From Methanobacteriaceae archaeon (GTDB lineage: Archaea; Methanobacteriota; Methanobacteria; Methanobacteriales; Methanobacteriaceae): a stretch of 11,779 bases of DNA. Location: contig PWMT01000173.1 of assembly GCA_003558085.1 (NCBI GenBank), positions 1 through 11,779 of the forward strand, in the 5' to 3' direction. The notes under the pieces were generated by a model. It made no database searches. It was given only the letters and a program-made list of their open reading frames with translations, and was not told the DNA's origin. Shown here piece by piece: positions 1 to 7,159 of the stretch. Within the stretch, counting starts at the first letter, position 1. Each line of letters starts with the position of its first letter. Position numbers and translations under genes: made by a program.

Positions 1-1
1 C

Positions 2-640
2 CCGGTAACTGTAGATCGCTCCTTCGAATGCGGGGCTATGCAACTCGATATCCCCTACGACACAGACAAGATCGAGGTGCTGGACGTATATACGGCAAAC
101 GTCGGGCTGATCAACCATACGGGGAGAGGGCTCATAGAGGTGTCGTGGTTTGACCTTGTGCCCATCACACTGACGGAAGGCGATGCCATCCTCTACCTGG
201 AGCTCAAAACCATTGATCATGTCAGTGAAGCGGATGAGATCTTCTTCAAAGGAGAGAGAACAGAATTTGGCGACGAACAAGCCAATCTGATTCATGGCGT
301 TGGCCTGAAGATCAGCCGCATCAATAATGGCACGGTTACAACCATCCCCCAAAGGCCGGAAAGCAGCCTGGCACTTAACGCATTCCCCAACCCGTTCACG
401 GACCGGCTTCATGTGGAATACACTCTCGACAGGCCCGCAAACGTGCGCATGACCATCATCAACACCATGGGCGCAACCGTATCCGAGCTGATGAATGCAC
501 AACAAAATGCCGGATTCCACAGCCAGATCTTCCTGCCGGAAAACGAGCGTTACCGGCCAGGCATTTACCTGCTGAGAATTGAAGTGGATAAAGGAAACCA
601 GGTAATTACAGAAACCAAACGCCTGATGTTTGACAGGTAA
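2..640 (+). CDS. 5'-truncated T9SS type A CTD protein; cohesin-like domain followed by CTD
   Basis: The frame is open from base 2 (PVTVDRSFECGAMQLDIPYDTDKIEVLDV), so ATG38 is probably internal. That segment resembles the cohesin pattern VPV..GAxQLxIxYD..LE. The C-terminus AFPNPF...IINTMGATV...PGIYLLRIEV...TKRLMFDR is a typical T9SS CTD. Confidence 0.85.
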   Translation, partial: PVTVDRSFECGAMQLDIPYDTDKIEVLDVYTANVGLINHTGRGLIEVSWFDLVPITLTEGDAILYLELKTIDHVSEADEIFFKGERTEFGDEQANLIHGVGLKISRINNGTVTTIPQRPESSLALNAFPNPFTDRLHVEYTLDRPANVRMTIINTMGATVSELMNAQQNAGFHSQIFLPENERYRPGIYLLRIEVDKGNQVITETKRLMFDR

Positions 641-662
641 CCATGCTTTATTATTATTAGCT

Positions 663-701
663 GAGAGGACTAGCCATTTTAGCCGGTCCTCTCTTTTTTT
701 T
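663..701 (+). terminator. Rho-independent terminator
   Basis: GAGAGGAC (663-670) pairs perfectly with GTCCTCTC (686-693), with extra inner pairing, followed by T8 (694-701); about 22 nt after the stop codon at 640. Confidence 0.85.
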
Positions 702-824
702 AGTCCCCTGATCTTTATGTCGATTAAACGCTAACCGCAATACAATCCTGAACATAAAACGAGTCATATTATATAATGCCTGTTGACTTAGCGCTCATGG
801 AAATAATTATAACCACTCCATATA

Positions 825-865
825 TGTAAGAAATATCCTACAAAAAATGTATGTATAATACTACA
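825..865. promoter_or_regulatory. Two tandem 18-bp imperfect palindromes (TGTA-N10-TACA), candidate response-regulator binding sites
   Basis: TGTAAGAAATATCCTACA (825-842) is one mismatch from the GacA/UvrY box TGTAAG-N6-CTTACA. TGTATGTATAATACTACA (848-865) is a second copy starting 23 bp later. Both lie upstream of a UvrY/NarL-like regulator gene. Confidence 0.55.
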
Positions 866-886
866 AGCCTTAGTCCCATATTTTTC

Positions 887-894
887 TATTTTCG
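887..894 (+). promoter_or_regulatory. Possible Bacteroidota sigma70 -7 element
   Basis: TATTTTCG matches the TAnnTTTG consensus with one mismatch, about 90 nt before ATG983 and just downstream of the palindromes. No clear -33 TTTG is present. Confidence 0.3.
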
Positions 895-982
895 TAACCC
901 ATACAAAGCATTTTCATATACATTATGCCTTAATGTATCAATCTGGTATATTTTTCAAAATATCAATACTAATACACGCAAT

Positions 983-1603
983 ATGAAAATTCTCCTGGCA
1001 GATGACCATGCGTTGATACGTGCCGGAGTCCGAGCCTTAGTTAAATCATTCAACAATGTCCAGGAAATTGAGGAAGCCAAAAATGGCCCGGAAACCCTCA
1101 ACAAAATTCGTGACGAAAATTTTGACATGGTCATTCTCGACATCTTTATGTCAGGGGCCAATGGCCTCGATATCCTGCGTCAAGCAAAAAAAATTAAGAA
1201 AGATACCCGGTTTCTGATTATAAGCTCTAAACCGGAAGAGGTATTTGCTAAAAAGGTATTTAAACTTGGCGCCTCAGGATACCTGCCAAAGTGTGCCCCG
1301 GTTGAGGAAATCAAAAAAGCCATAAAGAAAGTGATGGAGGGAGGCAAGTATATGTCTGATAAAGCAGCTGAAAGCATTGTGTTTAACAATCAAACACATT
1401 TACCACATGAAATGCTAAGCGACAGGGAGTTTCAGGTTTTCCTGCTGCTGGCCGAGGGGAAAAAAGTCAAAGAAATTGCCGATATCCTGTTTATTTCTGA
1501 CAAAACTGTCAGCACACACCGGGCGCGAATCATGCAAAAAATGAGCTTGAAAACCAACGTAGCAATTGCACTGTATGCCACAGATAATAACCTTATTACT
1601 TGA
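983..1603 (+). CDS. NarL/FixJ-family (UvrY/GacA-like) DNA-binding response regulator, REC plus LuxR-type HTH, 206 aa
   Basis: N-terminus MKILLADDHALIRAG; phosphoacceptor in MVILDIFM; conserved S (IISS) and K (GYLPK); HTH LSDREFQVFLLLAEGKKVKEIADILFISDKTVSTHRARIMQKM. Start reassigned from 851 to 983, where the REC domain begins. Confidence 0.95.
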   Translation: MKILLADDHALIRAGVRALVKSFNNVQEIEEAKNGPETLNKIRDENFDMVILDIFMSGANGLDILRQAKKIKKDTRFLIISSKPEEVFAKKVFKLGASGYLPKCAPVEEIKKAIKKVMEGGKYMSDKAAESIVFNNQTHLPHEMLSDREFQVFLLLAEGKKVKEIADILFISDKTVSTHRARIMQKMSLKTNVAIALYATDNNLIT

Positions 1604-1724
1604 AGATGCTCAGGTGTTTCAAAATAGTGGATTTTCAAAATACGAACAGATTACCAACCAGACAACTACACATGAATATTCGCATAACTATTTAACTAAT
1701 TTACTAACCAAAAACAAAAATGCT

Positions 1725-4106
1725 ATGAATACTAAGGTACCGCTGATTGTTACCTGGATCATAACAATCATTTTAATCACAAATGGATTTGCTGACCTTC
1801 AGGCCCGTGTATTGAGGGTTGACAACCACGCCAAATCTTCGGTAGAGGTTGCCGAAGGTTCAGACGAACCAACGAGAAGTCCTGTTATTTCACTGCCTCA
1901 GCAAGACAAGAAAAGTCCGGATGTTTTAAGGGGACTTACATATCCGGAAAACATCAATGTGACCATTCTATCACCCGACGAAGATGGGTCAGAAGGCCTC
2001 AGGGCAGACCTGGACGCCTATGAATTCATAACAGCCACAAGTTTCCCACGGGGAGATATTGCTGGTATGAGTGTGGCAGATCTGCAGCCCTATGATGTGG
2101 TGATTACATTCAATGTTAACCAGTGGGACGCCACAGGTGTGGATGCCGACCCAGACCATGTGGGAGATGTTATCGCCGCCTATATAGACCAGGGCGGAGG
2201 ATTTATCGAATGCCAATACGTAATGGACTTTTTCGGCTGGGAACTGGGAGGCGACTATTTTAACCAGGGCTATTCACCATGGCTGCAGGCCGATGACGAT
2301 GCATTCAACGTCAGCAACCTCCAGCTTGGCACCCTTCACGAGCCCGGTCATCCCATACTGACCGACGTAAACACCTTTGGCCTTGTCGGGCCCTCTACCA
2401 TGATCTGGTTCCCGGGTACAAGTTCAGGGGCCACCCTCATTGCCGACTGGGCAAACGGAGAGCATGCCATTGCTGTCAAGGACAGGGTGGTTGGCATTAA
2501 CATCCTTCCTGTGGTGGGTGGCAGCATAAACTACTCGGGAGACGGAACCACGTTGTTTAAAAATGCCATCGTATACCTGATGCCTGAGCCGGTGGGACAG
2601 TTTACCATAAGCTTCGAAGTGCAAGATCACGACAACGCGCCCATTGAAGAGGCAAGCATTTCCATAGCAGGCATCGGGATGTTGCAGACCGATGCCCAGG
2701 GGCAAGCAGAGATTGATTTGCCCGACGGAAACTATTCGGCAACTATCAATGCCAGCGGCTATGTGGAAAAAACAAAAACATTTACTGTGGACGGCGACGA
2801 CAAAACAGTTACCATCCAGCTGGAGGATGTGATCGAAGAGCCGGTAAACGTAGCAGTGACAACCGATGGGATGGAGCCCGGCGAAGCACACTTCAGCTGG
2901 GAGATGCCTGATGTGCCTACCGAAACCTTTACCGAAGACTGGGACGGATACTCCGACTGGACGACCGATTTGTCACCATGGACGACCATTGATCAACACG
3001 GTGGCGTTACCTGGGGCGCATCTAACTTTGATTTCCCCATTGAGCAAGATGTTTTTGCGTGGGGCGTTATGAACCCGTCAGAAACTAATCCTCCAATTGA
3101 TGTTGAAGGTCCTCAGGTGGGAGTGCATGACGCATATTCCGGCAGCAAATATGTTTTTTCTGTAGGTCAGACTGACCCTCCCGCTGAAGAGAACAAATGG
3201 CTCATCTCCCCGCAGTTGGAAGTAACAGAAGAATCTATACTCTCTTTCGCTGCCAAAACCAAAAAAGATGATTACGGCCTCGAACGACTCAGGGTATATG
3301 TGTCGACCACAGGCACAAACCCGGCTGACTTTGTTGAGATATCACCCTCACCTTACGTGGAGGTTCCCACCACATGGACAGAGTATTCCTATCCGCTGGA
3401 AGCTTATGCCGGTCAATCTGTCTATTTTGCCGTGGAGAATGTATCCCATGATGCCTTTATGCTCTTCCTGGATGCTTTTGAAGTTACCGAAGTGCTTGCT
3501 GACCGCAAAACAAAACATGCCGGCAGGGCCTTCCGCGGGTTTAACGTGTATATGAATGACATGGAAACCCCGGTGGGAGTTGAACTACCGGAAACAGAAC
3601 ACATGTTTACAGAATTGCCCGGCGGAACCCACACCGCGGGCGTGCAAGCCGTTTATTCCTCAGGCGTTTCCGAGATCGTAACCGCAGAGTTCGAAATGGA
3701 AGCCACCGAAATAACCGTTACCTTCAACGTGACCGACCAGGATGGCCTGCCCGTTGAAAATGCCACAATCACTCTCGGCACCGTGGAAAACGATCCCGGC
3801 GATTACATCTTTGAAGACATCGAACCCGGCAGCTACACTTATACCGTTGCTAAAGACTGTTTTGTCACCGCGGAAGAAGAAGTCATCCTGCCAACACAGG
3901 ATGTCACCATCGATGTGGAGCTTGGAAATATCCCGGGCGATGCAAACGACGATGGCGAAGTGAATGTGCTGGACCTGATTGTGATAGCACAATATTACAC
4001 CCAACAGGACCCTGAACCGTTATGCTTTATCAATGCCGACGTGCTGGGAAACGGGGAAGTAAATGTCCTGGATATTATTGCCGTCGCTGTTTTATTCCTG
4101 GAATAA
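1725..4106 (+). CDS. Secreted multidomain dockerin protein, 793 aa: signal peptide, GATase1/ThuA-like alpha/beta domain, Ig-like domain, FN3 with inserted cleaved-adhesin (choice-of-anchor J-like) domain, Ig-like domain, C-terminal dockerin
   Basis: Signal peptide MNTKVPLIVTWIITIILITNGFA at ATG1725. LQPYDVVITF..IAAYIDQGGG marks the alpha/beta domain. WLISPQL, ERLRVYVSTTG, WTEYSYPLEAYAGQSVYFA and LFLDAFEV are cleaved-adhesin motifs. The duplicated Ca-loop-helix GDANDDGEVNVLD / ADVLGNGEVNVLD ends at the stop codon. Confidence 0.85.
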   Translation: MNTKVPLIVTWIITIILITNGFADLQARVLRVDNHAKSSVEVAEGSDEPTRSPVISLPQQDKKSPDVLRGLTYPENINVTILSPDEDGSEGLRADLDAYEFITATSFPRGDIAGMSVADLQPYDVVITFNVNQWDATGVDADPDHVGDVIAAYIDQGGGFIECQYVMDFFGWELGGDYFNQGYSPWLQADDDAFNVSNLQLGTLHEPGHPILTDVNTFGLVGPSTMIWFPGTSSGATLIADWANGEHAIAVKDRVVGINILPVVGGSINYSGDGTTLFKNAIVYLMPEPVGQFTISFEVQDHDNAPIEEASISIAGIGMLQTDAQGQAEIDLPDGNYSATINASGYVEKTKTFTVDGDDKTVTIQLEDVIEEPVNVAVTTDGMEPGEAHFSWEMPDVPTETFTEDWDGYSDWTTDLSPWTTIDQHGGVTWGASNFDFPIEQDVFAWGVMNPSETNPPIDVEGPQVGVHDAYSGSKYVFSVGQTDPPAEENKWLISPQLEVTEESILSFAAKTKKDDYGLERLRVYVSTTGTNPADFVEISPSPYVEVPTTWTEYSYPLEAYAGQSVYFAVENVSHDAFMLFLDAFEVTEVLADRKTKHAGRAFRGFNVYMNDMETPVGVELPETEHMFTELPGGTHTAGVQAVYSSGVSEIVTAEFEMEATEITVTFNVTDQDGLPVENATITLGTVENDPGDYIFEDIEPGSYTYTVAKDCFVTAEEEVILPTQDVTIDVELGNIPGDANDDGEVNVLDLIVIAQYYTQQDPEPLCFINADVLGNGEVNVLDIIAVAVLFLE
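3933..4103 (+). other. Dockerin (type I-like) module of the 1725-4106 protein
   Basis: PGDANDDGEVNVLDLIVIAQYY-linker-NADVLGNGEVNVLDIIAVAVLF: two DxNxDGxxNxxD-type calcium loops, each followed by a helix. Confidence 0.9.
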
Positions 4107-4183
4107 CGGTGATAAACAGGCAAGAAACCTGGTTTTGAAACGGTACAATAAACTTAACACATAAAATTTTAAATTTCTGAATT

Positions 4184-6985
4184 ATGAACAAAAAACTATT
4201 CCTGTCAACAATAATTCTTTGCTTGCTACACATCGCATCTGTTACTGCCGGCAACGAAAACATCCTGAAGATCCACGATGTAGAGGCAAATGCAGGTGAA
4301 ACCATAACCATTGAACTGGAAATCCTGAACGATGATGATGTTATCGGGTTTAACTGCGACATTCCGCTGCCAGAAGGCTTTTCACTCGTACCAGGCTCAG
4401 GGGAACACTTTAGAACATCTGACCACTCTTTATCCTTATCCGTTATTGATGATAATACGGCAAGGCTGATGCTTTTCTCTGGGACCAATGCTTTTCTGAC
4501 AGGTAATGATGGAGTGGTGGCCACATTCGACGTGGAAACCCCGGACACACCCGGCACTTACACCCTTGACATCACAGGAATACCCGTGATTGGTACCATC
4601 ATTAACGGTAACGTTACCAATGTGCTCACCGGAACCGAAAGCGGCGACGTCACGCTTAAGGGTGAGGAGTTTACCCTAACCATCAATGTGGTCGGGGAAG
4701 GAAGTGTAAACGTTGATGGCACCCCTTACACTGAACCGGTTATCATCGAAGAAGGATCAGAAGTTACGCTGAATGCAATAGCTGAAGATGACTGGCGCTT
4801 CGACGAATGGGATGGCGACCTGACCGGTAGCGCCACACAGATTGAATTTACCATGGACGAAGATAAAGAGATCCAGGCCATCTTCACTGAAATGGAGCAA
4901 AACATCATGAAGGTGCGCAACGTCACAGCCTTAACTGATGATCTCGCATGGATAGAGCTTGAAATCATTAACGAGCTCGACTTCGTCGGCTTCAATGCAG
5001 ATATCGTACTGCCGGAAGGCTTTACCTATGTGGACGGATCGGAGGAGCTCCTCAGGGATGTTGATCACCTCATGGAGTTTAACATCATCGACGACAATAC
5101 AGCCCGCATGATCAGCTTTTCACCTGGTGTGATCCCCTACACCGGAAATGACGGGGTCATTGTACGCTTTATGGTGGAAACACCCGAAGCTCCCGGAGAT
5201 TATCCGCTGGCACTGGAAAATGCCATCATAGGCAATGAGGCATTTGATGATATTCTCACAGAAACCGTTGATGGAACGATCACCCTGGAAGAAGACGATG
5301 AAATAGAAAACATCCTGCTGGTACGTGATGTTACCGCGTATGCCGGTGATATCATTACAATAGAAGTGGAAATTATCAATGACCAGGAGTTTGCCGGGTT
5401 TAACACCGATGTCGTAATCCCCGAAGGCTTTACTTTTATCGAGAGTTCTGATGAATTACTCAGAAAAGACGATCATGAAATGGTATTCAATATCATCGAA
5501 GAAGGAACAAAAGCCCGAATGATCGGCTTCTCACCAGGCCTGAATCCATTCCTGGGCAATGAAGGCCCAATAGTCACTTTTGAGCTTCAAACTCCTGAGG
5601 TGTCAGGCACCCACCCAATCCCGCCTGTTGATGCCGTTATCGGCGATGTGGAAGGGGACGATATCCTGACAAGCACCCAGGAAGGAACCATAACCCTGCT
5701 TGCTCCGCATTCCCTGACATTGATTGCAAATCCCGAAGAAGGTGGCACTGTGGAAGATCTTACCGACAACGCACCATACAATGTAGGTGACCTGGTAGAA
5801 ATAAAAGCAGAACCCAACGAAGGCTGGGAATTCGTGAACTGGACAGGCGACTATGCAGACAACCTGGCAAATGACGAAGCTGCTGAAACAACCCTGACCA
5901 TGCCCGCCGACGATGTGGAACTGACAGCCAACTTCGAACAGATCGAGTTTACTGTCACCTTCACGGTAGAGGATGAAGATGGGAATCCGATTGAAGGGGC
6001 CTTCGTAAACATCGAAGAAGATGAGTTCACCGGGTTAACCGACGAAAATGGAGAAGTGGATTTCATCTTCTTCATGGGCGACTACAACTACGAGGTTGAA
6101 GTGGAGTGTTTGCTCACAGCATCAGGCGTGATAGAGGTCATTGACGATGACCTTGATATCGTGATCACCATGGTAAGGCTCATGGGAGATGCCAATGATG
6201 ATGGGTTTGTCAATGTGCTTGACGTTTTGGCCATAGCAAATTATTATGCACAAACGGAACCTGTTCCGGATCCATTCTGCTTCCTCAATGCCGACATGAA
6301 TGAAGACGACATCATCAATGTGATCGACTTGCTGCTTGTAGCAAATGTGTTTATCGAAAAAGTGGAGCATCATGGCCTGAAATCAGATGATGCACATGCA
6401 TTCCTTGACCAGGGCAGCATTTCACTCACCAGCGACGGCACACTCGCAGGCATCCAATTTGAATTTTCCGGAAAGAACCTGGCCGGCCTGGAGCCAAGCC
6501 TGACGCTTCCGGATCATCAGATGGTCTATGGCCACAGAGATGACGTTTTCAGGATCATCATCTTCAACATCAACCAGGTGCCCATTCCGGAAGGAAACAT
6601 TGAACTGGTAACCTTCAATAAAGATGTGGATGAAATACTGACCTGGTCTGATGCGCTCGGAGGAAACCTTAATGCAGATGAAGTACCTGTGCATACACAC
6701 ACCGGCGACGCGACAGATGTGGAGGACATCATGAGCGCAATAGAATACAATGTCTTCCCCAACCCGGCTGAGAATATGTTCTGGATTTCATTAAACAACC
6801 CGGGCAGCGATTCAGTAAGCATTTCGCTCTTAAACTCTCAGGGACAAGTCCTTCAAACCCGTTCAGTAAATGAAAGAGGCTTTACCGAAGTGAAGTTTAA
6901 TGTAAGCGATCTGCCACCGGGAATGTATATCATCCAACTGGATGATCAAACCAACACATTCCTGGAAAAAATTATGCTCAGATAA
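4184..6985 (+). CDS. Scaffoldin-like T9SS substrate A, 933 aa: signal peptide, Coh1, InlB-B-like repeat, Coh2, Coh3, InlB-B-like repeat, Ig-like, dockerin, degenerate cohesin-like, T9SS CTD
   Basis: Signal peptide MNKKLFLSTIILCLLHIASVTA. Three ~130-aa homologous modules (about 4256-4657, 4901-5287, 5306-5698) carry the cohesin pattern V.A.AG.TI.IE.EI.N....GFN.D..LPEGF...G..G....F.V....G.Y.L....G.I.L. Two W.F..W.GD repeats at about 4670-4885 and 5708-5935. Dockerin at 6185-6355. CTD VFPNPA...LPPGMYIIQL...EKIMLR at about 6749-6982. Confidence 0.85.
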   Translation: MNKKLFLSTIILCLLHIASVTAGNENILKIHDVEANAGETITIELEILNDDDVIGFNCDIPLPEGFSLVPGSGEHFRTSDHSLSLSVIDDNTARLMLFSGTNAFLTGNDGVVATFDVETPDTPGTYTLDITGIPVIGTIINGNVTNVLTGTESGDVTLKGEEFTLTINVVGEGSVNVDGTPYTEPVIIEEGSEVTLNAIAEDDWRFDEWDGDLTGSATQIEFTMDEDKEIQAIFTEMEQNIMKVRNVTALTDDLAWIELEIINELDFVGFNADIVLPEGFTYVDGSEELLRDVDHLMEFNIIDDNTARMISFSPGVIPYTGNDGVIVRFMVETPEAPGDYPLALENAIIGNEAFDDILTETVDGTITLEEDDEIENILLVRDVTAYAGDIITIEVEIINDQEFAGFNTDVVIPEGFTFIESSDELLRKDDHEMVFNIIEEGTKARMIGFSPGLNPFLGNEGPIVTFELQTPEVSGTHPIPPVDAVIGDVEGDDILTSTQEGTITLLAPHSLTLIANPEEGGTVEDLTDNAPYNVGDLVEIKAEPNEGWEFVNWTGDYADNLANDEAAETTLTMPADDVELTANFEQIEFTVTFTVEDEDGNPIEGAFVNIEEDEFTGLTDENGEVDFIFFMGDYNYEVEVECLLTASGVIEVIDDDLDIVITMVRLMGDANDDGFVNVLDVLAIANYYAQTEPVPDPFCFLNADMNEDDIINVIDLLLVANVFIEKVEHHGLKSDDAHAFLDQGSISLTSDGTLAGIQFEFSGKNLAGLEPSLTLPDHQMVYGHRDDVFRIIIFNINQVPIPEGNIELVTFNKDVDEILTWSDALGGNLNADEVPVHTHTGDATDVEDIMSAIEYNVFPNPAENMFWISLNNPGSDSVSISLLNSQGQVLQTRSVNERGFTEVKFNVSDLPPGMYIIQLDDQTNTFLEKIMLR
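4256..4570 (+). repeat. 315-bp dispersed duplication (Coh1), second copy at 7232-7546
   Basis: Ungapped alignment at offset 2976; 12 differences over 105 aa by manual count, plus many synonymous changes. Confidence 0.9.
6185..6355 (+). other. Dockerin module of scaffoldin A
   Basis: GDANDDGFVNVLDVLAIANYY ... NADMNEDDIINVIDLLLVANVF. Confidence 0.9.
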
Positions 6986-6991
6986 GCCCAA

Positions 6992-7046
6992 TGATTTTAA
7001 ACATCCCGGATCCACTACCAAACGATCCGGGATGTTTAAATTATCA
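6992..7046. terminator. Long intergenic stem-loop (terminator or mRNA-stabilising element)
   Basis: Perfect 17-bp inverted repeat TTTAAACATCCCGGATC (6996-7012) / GATCCGGGATGTTTAAA (7024-7040), 11-nt loop, extendable by TGAT/ATCA. No clean U-tract. Confidence 0.65.
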
Positions 7047-7050
7047 GAGT

Positions 7051-7081
7051 GGGGCTGCTGTGGCGGACAGCCAGCAGGCCC
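7051..7081. other. Second GC-rich intergenic hairpin
   Basis: GGGGCTGCTG (7051-7060) pairs 9/10 with CAGCAGGCCC (7072-7081); an alternative inner pairing GCTGT/ACAGC is also possible. Confidence 0.45.
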
Positions 7082-7159
7082 TGCCGGGGCACCCTTTCAA
7101 TCGATCAGAAACAATCAATGCTGAATATTTTTTCATTTATCACCAAAACATTTTTAACT

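Noticed and set aside
851-982. 44-aa N-terminal extension of the response regulator in the ORF track
   Set aside because: AT-rich sequence that overlaps the candidate promoter elements; the REC domain starts at ATG983.
1617-1642. 10-bp direct repeat TTTCAAAATA at 1617-1626 and 1633-1642
   Set aside because: Short, AT-rich and plausible by chance; there is no independent support for a regulatory role.
1566-1724. ORF-track start of the dockerin protein overlapping the regulator gene
   Set aside because: A good signal peptide begins at ATG1725; the extension is AT-rich intergenic sequence.
4107-4183. Weak hairpin (AAACAGG/CCTGGTTT) or frameshifted CTD remnant after the dockerin gene
   Set aside because: The stem is too short and bulged to call a terminator; the gap is too small for a CTD and lacks a PNP-type motif.
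7049-7159. ORF-track upstream start of scaffoldin B
   Set aside because: It runs through a hairpin region; the signal peptide begins at ATG7160, matching the layout of paralogue A.
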